64,000 bases of DNA. It comes from Fistulifera solaris (taxonomy: Eukaryota). Shown here piece by piece: positions 48,858 to 61,373 of this stretch. Each line of letters begins with the position of its first letter. The stretch's first letter is position 1. The position numbers and the translations under genes are program-made. Below the pieces are notes generated by a model, which had not been told where the DNA came from, ran no database searches, and saw only the letters and a list, made by a program, of their open reading frames with translations. The DNA is taken from the NCBI GenBank assembly GCA_030295235.1, contig AP026158.1:186001-250000 (forward strand). The letters are read 5' to 3'.

Positions 48858-50831
48858 TTAAATTCTCTCGTCGCTGTCGAGGTTACCGTTGCTCTCTTCG
48901 TCAAAGGTATCTAAGCTTGTGTTTGGAGATTTATCAGTCAACGAATCAGATTTTACTGAACAGACAATAGCCTCATCCGATTTTGATTGGTTCGCATCCT
49001 CGGACACTCCATTGTTTTGCTTCGTGGCAGACCTCTCCTCTGCTCTACCTTTTCGACGCTTGCATCTCATACGCAGTATGAGCATAATTACCACGAAAAG
49101 AGCTCCTGCTAGAACGACCAGCATTATTTGAACCGCAAATAATGGTTTGACACGTTTGATTGGTTCTTGTTCCTGTGACGCAGTTGGGCCTACATCACTC
49201 GCGGAAGTATTGGTGGCAGGGTTGAAGGTAGATCCTTCGCTTTGTCCCTTATCTGCGATATCCGTGTGTGGAGCAGGATTTGTTTCTTTCACAGACGTCG
49301 GTGTCTGTGATGGAATTACTGGTTCGATTGCAGCGTGGTGTGGGCTGGTTATTGGATGGATGGTTGGAACCACTGATGGGGCCAGTGTTGGGCTGGTTGA
49401 TGTTAAAATTTGCTGGTCTAATGGTTTGGGTGACAGAGTAGGAAACAGAAATGGGCGTGGGATTGGAAACGTAGACGGTTCCTGCGTCCATGCGAATCCG
49501 CAGTCCGTCTTCGATAGCCCGATGTTGAGTTCGACGTAATTCGGTTCGGATGAGTCGTCGAATCGGCAAACTTCCACCACAATTCCAATTGGTGACTGCC
49601 AATACCGCGATTGCGAGTCCAAACCAGCAACTAAATTCGTTTTATGGTCACCCGATTCCACAATCGTTACCATGTCTCGCATCTCGCTTGTGTCCACATT
49701 GAATTTAGTGGCGCGATTGTATTGCATGTAATAATCCCTCAATTTGATGATGACGTAATGTTCATCTGTGGCCATATCATAGTCCACAAATGCTGCGAGT
49801 TTGACATTCGTTGGCGATGTTAACGCATCGCCATCGATTTCCAGGGTGCGAGAATACCAGCCTAAATGCCAGTGATTGGGTGCATTGTAGCATTTTTGCG
49901 GAAAATGCATCTGTTGGGGAGCCGTTCCCATATATCCAGTGTGATCTTCATACTCGACTCCATTTTCATAGGCGTGAGGCAAACCCAAGTTGTGACTATG
50001 ATATGGAATTAGAAAACGTTGATCGTAACGAATATCCCTCCCGTATAAAGTCAAATGCGTTACGTACCCAATTTCGTGCATGGTGGCCCCCAAGTAGCCA
50101 GCCCATAGATTATTGAAGCTAGTATGCTTTCCATTGAACCAACCAAATGCAGTCCAGCCCCCCAATGTTCCTGGCGGCACTACCACCATGACTCCATCGA
50201 CCAAATCAAGAATAGTATCGACGTCTTCGTTCACCAATGTCTTGGCAACTTGGTAGGCATCTTCAACCAATAATACGTGTTGGGTATTTGTGGCATTCCT
50301 TTGGACTCGCACATCCATTACACCGTATTTGGTCGGAACGATCTGTAGCTTTCCAAACGAACATTTTTCCATTTGTCCTCGGAGCGAAGCGTCGTCCACA
50401 AACGTCAGATTATACAATTGCTCCGACGATAAGTCAGGTTCTGAGTCCAGTGCAATAATGCGAAGCATCAGTATTTGGTAAATCCCGCTCGTTTTCGACA
50501 ACTGTCGTCGTTCCTCATTCAACGACGATATTGTAGAAAGAGTCATGTTGGTGGGAACGGTCACGGTCGTATTGTCGATCCACTCGTCACGTATGGACAC
50601 CCATATTAATTCATAATTCAGAAGCCGCGAGCGAAGACTGTGAAGCGTTTCCTTGGACAAATTCTTCACTTCGTACGGAAACGAGCCATGAGATTGGCAC
50701 CCGATGGTTTCTTCTTGACGGAATGGGTAATATTGGACTGTATTAAGATATAATTGGCAGACATGCTCCGACCATGCACCATGCAGGAAAATGAGTAGTA
50801 ATAGTTTTGATAATGCCCTGAATAATGTCAT
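48858..50831 (-). CDS. Membrane-anchored gametolysin-like zinc metalloprotease (peptidase M11)
   Basis: Signal peptide; CSFGKL; HEIGHNLGLPHA after removing intron 49996-50067; EYEDHTGYMG Met-turn; CYNA..W.LGWY; P/T stalk and TM helix. Confidence 0.9.
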   Translation of the reverse strand: MTLFRALSKLLLLIFLHGAWSEHVCQLYLNTVQYYPFRQEETIGCQSHGSFPYEVKNLSKETLHSLRSRLLNYELIWVSIRDEWIDNTTVTVPTNMTLSTISSLNEERRQLSKTSGIYQILMLRIIALDSEPDLSSEQLYNLTFVDDASLRGQMEKCSFGKLQIVPTKYGVMDVRVQRNATNTQHVLLVEDAYQVAKTLVNEDVDTILDLVDGVMVVVPPGTLGGWTAFGWFNGKHTSFNNLWAGYLGATMHEIGYVTHLTLYGRDIRYDQRFLIPYHSHNLGLPHAYENGVEYEDHTGYMGTAPQQMHFPQKCYNAPNHWHLGWYSRTLEIDGDALTSPTNVKLAAFVDYDMATDEHYVIIKLRDYYMQYNRATKFNVDTSEMRDMVTIVESGDHKTNLVAGLDSQSRYWQSPIGIVVEVCRFDDSSEPNYVELNIGLSKTDCGFAWTQEPSTFPIPRPFLFPTLSPKPLDQQILTSTSPTLAPSVVPTIHPITSPHHAAIEPVIPSQTPTSVKETNPAPHTDIADKGQSEGSTFNPATNTSASDVGPTASQEQEPIKRVKPLFAVQIMLVVLAGALFVVIMLILRMRCKRRKGRAEERSATKQNNGVSEDANQSKSDEAIVCSVKSDSLTDKSPNTSLDTFDEESNGNLDSDERI

Positions 50832-51283
50832 ATTGTTTTGTTTTTCATTAAAAGCCTCCGCCTGGTGTGTTGTGCATCATGTTTGAGGAAAAATGGTGGA
50901 AAATGGTCTCGTAAGCCCAGCTGTTCCTTATCAAAATCCTCTTTTTCCGTTGCGACTAGCAACGTTTTTTTCTTGCTAAGTGACTTTCACCGTCTATTTC
51001 GAGAAAATTCCTTATGAATTTTGTAGAGTGATTTTTTGATTACTTAGGCATAAAAGCCAATCATTCTGTTAAATACATTAATACATACGACACAACGGAA
51101 AATGGATGTCGGCAAATAATGATGACGTTCGACACGCAATTCCGCGACCGTGTCCGTCCATTTCCGATAAAAAAAAAGTGACTATTTTATTTTCATTGAA
51201 TGCAACCGACAGAGACCGTGCAATCGAAATTAAGAACAACAAACGCCTTTTCAAGGAAATGACACCAAATATGCAGTGATAGA

Positions 51284-52075
51284 ATGATGTTCAAGTCGTT
51301 GGGCATTACTCTTTTAACCATGGCGAGTCGATCGCGGTCCTCCCGAGGGTTGTCGACCGAATACACCATCACATGCCCTTCCATGGAATCCGAAACACTA
51401 CGAAACGAAGTACACAAACATTGCGATAGCCTGGATTTATTCCTAACCCGAAAACCTGTCTCGATTCATTCACTGACAGCTTTTTCCGAACTCGGTCGTC
51501 AGCTGCCGAGCGACAATGCGCCCTTGATACTCGACAGCGGGTGTGGAACGGGACGATCGTCGCTGCGTTTGGGAGAATTGTATCCGGAAAGCCATGTCAT
51601 TGGAGTGGATCGGTCGATTGCACGACTTTCCCGTCATATCCGTCCCGACAGATTGGTAGAACAAGTATCGGACAATGTCTGGTTGGTGCGTGCGGAACTG
51701 GTGGATTTCTGGCGTTGTTGTCGTGACCAACAATGGTCGTTTGTGCGACATTATTTGCTCTATCCGAATCCTTATCCCAAAAAAGTACGGTATAAAAGCC
51801 GCTGGTACGCCCATCCCTGCTTTCCTCTCTTGTTGCAGTTACCGGCCTCCGAAATCATTGTACGATCCAATTGGTTACAGTATTTAGAAGATTTTCGCGA
51901 TGCGGTCGATATCGCTGCTGATTACAACAAGGAATTTTCGATCTTTCAGACTTCGAATGTAGAACGACTGATACCGAGTGGGCAAGACGCCCTGACGAAT
52001 TTCGAACAAAAATACTGGAATGCGGGTGAGGCAACCTATGAGCTTGTTCTTACCGCAAAGACGGCGGATGTGTAA
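51284..52075 (+). CDS. SAM-dependent methyltransferase, TrmB-like (tRNA m7G46)
   Basis: ILDSGCGTG, VIGVDRS, LYPNPYPK, RWYAHP, RSNW, TNFEQKY. Confidence 0.8.
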   Translation: MMFKSLGITLLTMASRSRSSRGLSTEYTITCPSMESETLRNEVHKHCDSLDLFLTRKPVSIHSLTAFSELGRQLPSDNAPLILDSGCGTGRSSLRLGELYPESHVIGVDRSIARLSRHIRPDRLVEQVSDNVWLVRAELVDFWRCCRDQQWSFVRHYLLYPNPYPKKVRYKSRWYAHPCFPLLLQLPASEIIVRSNWLQYLEDFRDAVDIAADYNKEFSIFQTSNVERLIPSGQDALTNFEQKYWNAGEATYELVLTAKTADV

Positions 52076-53606
52076 AAATTGCGCAGGAGGTTTCGCTTAT
52101 AGCAGCTTTCTTGCTAGAGAGGGGATCGTGCTTCAAAATAGCTTTTAGGATGAAAGAGTTCAAGCACAATCTGTCTCATGACGGACAGTTACATTTTATT
52201 TTGAAAGCAAAGCTGAAGGAAGTATCGTGCAACGAAAAGAAGCACAAGAAGAAGCTTCATTTAGATTCTTTCTCTGTAGTTGCTTTGGATTATTGATTGC
52301 TAATACCTGGTAGAGTCTCCCAAGAACGAGAGTTTTGGGAAGAAAAGAGTAAAAGATGACCAGAGTTGGTACGCCGAGGATATGATGACCTACCATGAGG
52401 CACAGGAACACAATTGAAGCGTCGCCCGAAAGAATCCCAATGCTCCCCAATGTCTCATGTCGCCGTTTCTGGCATTCTCGAATCAACACAGTGGGGCATT
52501 CAAACGCGCCAACCCCTCCATGACCATACTGCGGATTTGTCCAAAGGAAAGAGTGACCATCGGAGCTTAAGAAAGAGTACATTGACCGAAAAGATCTTTT
52601 GCGAGCACAATACAAAGTGTATAAGGCGGTCTGACAAAAAGAGTAAAAGAAGCTCCTGTGCATCATATCAAAAGGAGACGATGCAATCGACTTTCATTCT
52701 AGAAAGTGCAGTCATAATGCCAAATCCCTGGCAGACTTCCCACGACCATCACGTCGACAATGCATCCTACGCACAACATCCCTGGACCTGACCGTCGGAG
52801 CTGTTAGGCGATCCGGTGGAACACTCTCGCCAGAGATCTTCCAACAAGCTCTGTGGCATTCGCCTACCAAAGCCATGGATGGCGGTAAGTCCGTCGTCAC
52901 CTGGAAGAGAATCCTCTTCGTCTCAAAAGTCTCACAAACAAAATAATACTTTGTCATCAGCTTCCACGAATTGCCAAAACATGGCAGATTCGGAAACCTT
53001 TACTTCACAAATCAGCAGATTGTTCGCTCTGCCACGGCAGAGGATTTGAGGTCATGATCATGAAGAATAAGAGATGGAACCGAATGCAATCTTTCCTCCG
53101 TGAGTATATAACAAGCGTACGTTTCTTCCGCCAAAGTTGGCTCTTTTACTTTGGCTTTGTTCATGTTCCTGAAACAAATATAAAGTGCACAATTATGTTA
53201 GAATGATTCTCGTCTCATTACTTGCCATAGTCCTGGCTGCGACATGCTTATGACGTCACGACAAGAAAGAAAGTGTTCCCACTGCGACTTCCTTCGGACC
53301 CGAATTCTGTTTCCGCGCGTCCGTTATTACGTCATCGACGTCCGACCGAAAAGACAAAAAAAGCTGTGCGCTGTCTCTCGTTAGTTGCAAGGGTCTTGTT
53401 GCACCTATTATGCATTCTTATATATTATTGAAAATTCTCGACGACCCCTTCCGCTTTGCTTCGCTCCGCTCGAATCAATCAATATTTACTCCGTAACGCG
53501 AGGTATTTCGTGAACATCGAATAAGAAAAAAAGAAACGTTTTATATAGCAAAGAAGGAAAGAGAGAAGTAATCAACAGTCCTTTCCTGCAAACAATTCAG
53601 AGCAGC

Positions 53607-56581
53607 ATGCCAGAGTGCTCACATCGTCGCAAACGACGGCGAACGCAGTACCAGTTCGCCGTCTGTATTTTACTTTGCCTACCGAATTACTGCCAAGCGT
53701 TTCTATCTCGAACTTCGGTGTCATCGGCGTGGCAACTGCAAATGTCGGCCGTCCCCGCATCTCCCTTTCCCAATTACACATCCTCCTCGGATCTAAAACA
53801 ACGCAACGATACGATCGTGTCATTGAATTGGGGAACACCTTACCTACACAATAATGAGAATATTCAAAAGAATACTAGTTGGTCATCCTTCGACACATTC
53901 GATCGTCCAACTCCGTTAAATACCGACGATGATTTGCAGCAAATCGAACAATATTGGGATCAGATCATGCCCACGGTCAACTATTTGGGGACAGAAAAAG
54001 TCGCCAAAATCTATCATGCGCTCCAAGTAGCGTACACGGCACACCGGGGACAGATGCGCAAATCGGGTGAACCGTTTATCATTCATCCCGTGCAAGTGGC
54101 CATTTTGTTGGCGGGTCTCAAGATGGACGGAGAAACTGTCATTGCGGGGCTCTTGCACGATACGGTCGAAGATACCGAAATGACATTTGATCAAATTGAG
54201 ACATTGTTTGGGAAAACGGTTCGAACCATTGTGGAGGGAGAAACCAAAGTTAGCAAATTACCCAAAATGGTGGCCGAGTACTCATCAAGCGAAGACGCCC
54301 TGATATCGGAATCGCCAACGCATCACGATGAACAGGCCGAAAATTTGCGACAAATGTTTGTGGCCATGACCGAAGATTACCGAATCATCATTGTCAAATT
54401 GGCGGATCGTCTGCACAACATGCGAACACTGCGGCATATGAAGCCTCTCAAGCAAATCAAAATTAGTCGGGAAACGCTCGATATCTTCGCGCCATTGGCG
54501 CATCGCATGGGAATATGGCAATTCAAATCGGAGTTAGAGGACACGGCGTTCATGTACTTGTATCCACAAGAGCACAAGAGATTGAATCGGATGCTACGAC
54601 AGCATCAAACAAAATACCGCGAAACGCTCGATAAGTCACAGCTCGTCATGCAACGACGTTTGGATGCGGATTCGACCTTGGCGCACCAGGCGGCAAAAGT
54701 AGAAGTACAAGGGCGGACGAAAGAATTGTATTCGTTATGGCATAAGATGGAAACGAAGGGCGTGCACAATTTGGACAACATTGTTGATGTGGTTGCCCTT
54801 CGCGTTGTCATTACCCCCAAAAGTGATGCTGATCTAGGGGATGAGAATGAATCGGATCGCGGAGTGTGGCTGTGTTATCATGTTTTGGGTCTCGTGCAAC
54901 ATTTGCCGGGCTTTCAACCGGTCCCCACTCGCGTCAAGGACTACATTTCCTTCCCCAAGCCCAACGGGTACCAGAGCTTGCACACGGCGCTGATTCTGAA
55001 CGGTCAAACCATCGAAGTGCAAATCCGAACGAGTTACATGCATCAGGTCGCGGAGTATGGAATGGCGAGTCACTGGGCCTACACGGACGAAAAGCGGAGA
55101 AGTCCCTCTAGTCGCAATCCGGACGGTTTGTACTTTACTCCGTGGCTCTCATCGATCAAGGAATGGCAAAAGACCGCATCAGCTCTCGAGATTTTGTAGA
55201 CTCGGTCCGTCGCGAGCTACTGGGCAAACGAGTCTTTGTATTTCTTCGTAATGGAAAAATTTTGAACTTGGCACGAGGGGCTACCGCGATTGATGCTGCT
55301 TTTCAAATTCACACGGAAGTTGGTTTGAACATGTACCGAGTGGAGATTAATGGGAAACCGGTTCCATTTTCCTACGAGCTTCAGAATGGCGATGTGGTTT
55401 CGATTTTGACGGGCAAGGGCGGCAAGCCGTCCACGGACTGGATGCGTTATGCGAAAAGTCGCTCCACTCGATCCAAGCTGCGTTCGTATTTCCGCGCTCG
55501 TCAAAGAGAAAGTCTCAGAGAAGCGGGTCACATACTGTTGAAGGACTATCTCGCCATGCATGGTGAGCTGCTCGCTAAGGAGTCTTATTTTGAATTTGAT
55601 TTGGATGTACCCAAGAAAGTCGAAGATGTCGCGCGGTTTTTACCCGGAAAAACAAGATTCGAAACTCTCGACGATCTTTTAGTCTCCATCGGCTCGCTAC
55701 ACGACAGAGATAAACTTCATCGAATTGTTTCGCAGTTGTTCGAGGTTCCCAAGCGCGTTCTCGTTGATGCTGAAGAGAGGCGACGCCTTCAGGTTCCTAC
55801 TGCGATTGTTTCGGAAGCACTTATTAAAAATCGTCGCCGGGCTCTCGACTCGGCAAACGCCGCGTCCACGACTAGTACCAATGCGTCGACTGCTTTTCCA
55901 AGTGACCCTTCTTGGATGCACTTGCTGGACGAAAACATTGGTGCCTCTCTAAACCATCTTCTTTCAGGGTTGGGTCTGAAAGAAGAGCTTGCCGATCCCG
56001 ATCAATTATGTGAAGACTGTCTACCTGTCTACGGCGATCAGATTGTTGGAACCTGCCCCGAACATGCAATCGATGGGGATGGTAATGATATGGTTACCAC
56101 TGTGCACCGCTTCGGTTGCCAGCACGCCCAACGAGCAATCAACAAAGCGCAAGCAGAATTAAAGGGACGAAAAGTGGAAAATAGAGCAGTGAAAGCACTT
56201 CCCATTGATAGTGTGTCGTTGCGCAAACAGAATGGAAATGTCTTAGATCGACAACTCTCGCGTCGAGCAAAGCGACATAGTAGCATCGATGACGTCCCTG
56301 TTAAATTAAAATGGTCGGATGCCCACGACAACGAAGCCTTTCTTTCGGAGATCGTTGTTCACTGCCAGGACCGAAGGCTTTTACTGGCTGATTGCTCCGA
56401 GGTTGTATCAGAAATGGTTGAAATAATGCGAACGGGAAGCCAAACGACGGCTGAGCATGCAACTCTAGTATTTCTGGTGAAGGTGGATGGTATTCATCAG
56501 CTACAGCAGTTAATGGACCGACTGAACGAGGTTCGCTCCGTGATGTCTGTTGAAAGGCGGTTTGGTAGCGAACTTCTCTAG
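53607..56581 (+). CDS. RSH: Long bifunctional RelA/SpoT homolog ((p)ppGpp synthetase/hydrolase), plastid-targeted
   Basis: Signal ..CQA-FL; AH.GQ.RKSGEPF..HP, LHDTVED, ADRLHNMRT (HD); PKPNGYQSLH, EVQIRT (SYNTH); TGS; C..CLP..GD..H..GC; ACT. Frameshift near 55168. Confidence 0.95.
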
Positions 56582-56691
56582 AGAAAAATTTGGCACCTCG
56601 TTCCAGACTGTCAGGGTAAAATTTTGTTGTTGCTATATATTTTTAGTCGGCTACATAACAAATGGCAATGCAATGTTGAATAGCTAAAGCA

Positions 56692-59531
56692 CTACACCAA
56701 TACAGATGTTCCATCATTAGTTGCGGTCTTTGTGACTGGGGTTTCATCTTCTCGGTGTTCAGAAGTACTGATCTCTCCGTAGCAGCTCACAAATGCACCA
56801 AATGAGAAAAGAAATGCTAGCCAGGTGCTGTAGTATAAGTCTCCCACACTTTGTCCTGGTCCACCTATACCAGTGATGAGTGCAACTGCGGTTCCGAAGA
56901 GCAGAACTAGAAAGAGCGATATGAGCATCTCCACGTGAGCTTGCAAGAGATTACATCGGCACCTCGGAAATGACATGCTCAGCATACGGCCCAGAACTAC
57001 CAATCCGCCCACTGCCATGCCCGTTAAGGCTATTATGATAGCCAAAACTGTGCGCGAGCAAAACGAGACAGCTCCCGTTGTTATTTCATCGAAGCCACAG
57101 TTCCCAGAAATGGTGTGCCAAATATGAAGAGCAGCACCAAGAATAACAAAGCAGACTTTGACAATAGTAGCCCACACGATTGACATTATGTCATACTTTC
57201 GGTGGCCAACCAATTCTTTGAGGTAAGAACTCATTTGTACGCCAGCAGTAAGAATCGATGCCCAAGAAAAGTAGTACAAATTCGCCATTTTAATCTCGCC
57301 GATCCGATTGACAGCCCACGAGTCGCTTGAATGCATGGTGAGAATAAGATTTCCCAACCACAGCCCAAAAGCGACCACCGAGAAAACTCCACCAACCGGA
57401 AAAATTGAGACAACTCTATAACAACGTTTCGACAGAGAAAGACCAAATAGCAATACAGACTGCACGGCAACGAAGCAAGGCGCAAATATCATAAAAAGTT
57501 GAGGATTGGAAAGTTTACCCTCTCCATTGTTTGAAGCTGCATCGTAGGCAGATGCTGCACACGCTGTTGAGAAGACACCGAGGAAAAAGTAACTTCTTAC
57601 TCGATCAATTCGGGCCTTTTCAATATGGTTGTCTTGCGAGACTGTAGTTCCACTTCCAGTAGTCTCGATGCTGAAGGCTCTGTTGTAGACGGGGTTGACA
57701 AGGTGGTTTGCTTTTTCGCCGAGTTCTTGCATTTGAACTACGCTTCCTGCGTTGTCAGCGGCAATTGACGGTGCTTTATACTTTGTTCTTCCATCAATGT
57801 TGTTGCAAGTTGAGTTTAAACCTTCCTCTTGATCTGCTTTTGCAGGGAAAGGTGTCGTTGGTTCGCTATGTAAGTGATCATCTTCAGATAAATTATAGTA
57901 CTCTTCCAAGCAACCAAGAGCAATACGGACACACAAAAGATAAGTCAACCAGCTCGCATAGTACAAGTTACCAACAGTGGATGCCGGTCCTTGCACCCCC
58001 GTCACAAAAACGGCATTGAATCCTGTCAAAACCGACAAAATGACACTGAGGAATATTTCCGTATGCAAAGGTAATCGACGATTCCGTTGATGATGAGCGA
58101 CCACCCTTTCCCAGGCTGTCATTGCCGACTCATCGTACACCATTGCCGTCGACCAAATACCAGCCCCATCTCCGTCACCTTCATCGACAACATCGCCCTC
58201 TTCATCGTTGATCCCCGCCATAAATGGGCGACGCTGATTGCGTTTTGAACAGTATCGTGCCGTAGCGTGCATGAGAATGGCCGATGCACAAAGAATCATC
58301 GAAATAATGCCCGCCAACCATGCCGCCATGGTGCGTCCGCAATACTGAGGTGGCAGTTTGCTATTTTCTTGTTGATTGATCACCTCGCAAACCCGCAACC
58401 GCATCGAAACGTCATCCCATGCCTCATCGGAAACCGTCGGCCACAGCACCTCAGAGGCAACGTACTGACTCGATGCCACAATGACCCAGCTGGCCAAGAA
58501 AGCAGCGGTCCAAATCCCGGTCCGAAATCTTAATCGATAAATGGAATTATACCATGCATATTTTTGCTGGCGACGACGTTCGCGCCACCAGGATGTAAGC
58601 GTCCGCGGCGACGTATTGTAGTCGGCTTCCCACGACGTCGTCGGTAGTAGATCGTCCGTAGCACTGGATGTCCCGGTCAGTCGGTCCATGCGAGCTCTCC
58701 GATATGCACGGAAACAGGCCGTCCCAACTTGATAGAGTAGAGCTAAAGCCAAGCCTTCGGATATCCAAGTTAAGTAGTAGCTGCGGGCGTGACGATGAGT
58801 AAAATATAACCGTAAGGACCGATTGGCGAATAATAGTAACAATCAGCTAGACACAAGACTTACAGGTTCGCATTGTCGCCGACGTTGCCATAACGATCGA
58901 CGGCTGCCAGAGATTGGTAAGGATTGTCTTCCTGTGACATGTTCTTCGGAATGAGCATGATCCACGAAACGTTGTAGGTTTGCAACGCTACGATCACCAC
59001 CAGCATCCAAAATAAGATGACCAAATTGCGTAAACTTTTAGGAAAATCGTCTTTGGCGACCCTCGACTGACCCAACACTACTATCAACCCCAACAAGGAT
59101 AGTAAAGATGTCATCAATCCAGCGGGTACGACTACTTCATAAAACAACGTCACGCACAAATGTTCTTGTAACGCGGCAAATTCCGCCGCTTGTTCATACC
59201 GCTGGTAGGTGTCATCGTCCATCAATTCCATCAACGAGTACGTTTCGTGCTCCAAACACTGATTTTTGGCATCCAGGGCCGATAAAACTCCCAATCCGCT
59301 CGTCAACATTAAAGCGGTCAGGAGGTGCGCGAAATGCGCCCAGTCTGGACGATCCGGGTGCCCATTTTTGGGAGAGAGTTCTTTTTTGGACGAAGAAGAA
59401 GAAGAAGATGATGATGATGATGAAGGAATGACGGAAAGAGAAAAGAATAGTGACGGGCGCTGTCGTTTTCTGGATCTTTTTCCCCGGCAAAATCGAGCTG
59501 ATATTCGGTAGTGCTGCTCATTGTGAGGCAA
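56692..59531 (-). CDS. Large polytopic membrane protein with four repeated (N/D)LYYx(S/T)W units
   Basis: Intron 58781-58863 joins the two ORFs in frame (ANL|YYLTW); many TM helices. Confidence 0.75.
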
Positions 59532-60013
59532 TCTCGTTCTTTGTATTTTATGTATTTGTGAAGCAACGTGTCAACTCAGGAAGACTAAAATGATGATCGG
59601 TTTTGTGGATCTTTATTTTGGAAATGAATTATCCTTCTCAACAAACATATAACAACGCAATGAGGTGCGGCACTAAAAAGAGTATGGCTCGCGGTCACTA
59701 AATAGTGAAGATGTTTTATATATAATAAGAATATAGTTATGAGTTCCGTTGGATGAATAAGTTGTATTGAGTGTATAATGAACTATGGCGCGCTGCATCA
59801 TGAAAAAATCAGCTGGTAGTTGCAAACGTGTTACGAGAATCACTTAGGCAAACAAGCGGAAACGTGGAAAAGCTAAGAACTAGGGACAAGACAAAAGGTC
59901 TCTCTAGACACAGTATTCGCTGCTGAATTCTTGTTGGAGATCTCTCAAGTAGCCTTATATTGAATCTAATAATAGTTTCTTTTCTACAGTATCATTGTCC
60001 TTCTGTTTTTTCT

Positions 60014-60959
60014 TCAATTCTCTTGATGACGCCTCGAATAACCCGACGGTTGCGAAGGTTGCCACCCTTCCAAGCATCCTTCTGCCAATTCGTACACTTG
60101 CACTGTCAAGGGATAAACCTGCGCCGGCGCATCGGAACCACACGCGGTCGACACATCACCTTGCGGACACGTACTGGCCGCAACGACCAAATCGGTTTCC
60201 GCCAAGAATTCAATATAATCACCCACTTGCACCGGTGATGGTTTGGTGAAATATTGGTGCGTATCTTTCGTGAAGCCCGTGCACATAAAGACATTCAAGA
60301 CATCGTGTACATGATCTTCCGTCATGTTTGCGTTCCAACACGCCCGGGTCAAGTTGGAATGACAACAATCGTGTTTTTCGTGTCCCGTTAATAGAAAATG
60401 GGTGTAGGGGTCACAACGACTCCCAATGACATCGTGAACTCCGGCGCTGTAGAAGAGAGAGAGAGAGAGAGAGAAAGAGAAATTGGTGAGAGACTTGAAA
60501 TTCTACTTTTTCTTTTGAAAAACAACACATCCACACGACGCACCCATCCTCATCCCATCCATATTGTATGGTTTCATATACTATGGTGGCCAAGGGCCGC
60601 AAATACGGCATATTCGACCACAAACGATCTCCCGTTTGTAAATGTGTCGCGTGCATTTGTCGTGTTTTGCTACTATAAAAATGTTCGTTGAGATTGGAAA
60701 GTGACCAACAATTCATATCGGCCACTTGCGGACCGTGCGAACAGACAATGCGCCACAATTGTCCCGCTTTGACCTGCCACGCGACCGCATCACACGGTGG
60801 TATCAGGATTTCTTGAACTAGTTGAGCACGCTGCTCGGAGACGGCCGTCGCGAGGTTCTGGTAGAGAGCTTCGTCTTTTGGAGGAAGTTGTTCGACGGTA
60901 TAACAAGGAATGGGTTTTGTACGTCTGGCTAAAGCACGACGATCTTCGGTAGTTAACAT
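60014..60959 (-). CDS. DUF1989 / urea-carboxylase-associated family protein
   Basis: GPQVADMN, GDRLWS, HDVIGSRCDPY, CCHSNL, LNVFM, GDYIEFLAE.DL....S.CPQGD; intron 60447-60543. Confidence 0.88.
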
Positions 60960-61373
60960 GTTATGACGTGATAATGAGGCGATGATGATTATGGTGACGA
61001 TGATGAAGATGATGTTGCAACGAGAAAGACGGAAAAGGATGAACGACGACGTGATGATCGCGACAACGTTGTTCTCTGTGCGTTTCTGATGCGTCCGTCG
61101 TCCGCTCGTCCTATCGTGTACTCTATTTCGCAGACTAATCGAATCTTCTCCTCAAAATCTGGGAATTTGGGCGTTCGGGGCAAGATCCGTTTCGTCGGTG
61201 ACGAAACTTCTTCTGTCGCGATCGACAGAGCTTTCTCACAAAATAATACTCCGGAGTAATCATTAACGATTACTCCTATTATTTGTTGTTTGTGAGAAAA
61301 ACGCTCTGTCGTCATTCTTTTTTCGTCATTTCAATCGCATCTCCTCTCATTTTGCATCTTTATCCTTCGCAAC

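Noticed and set aside
52196..53090. Minus-strand ORF fragments
   Set aside because: No consistent frame, splice model or recognisable motif; may be a decayed gene
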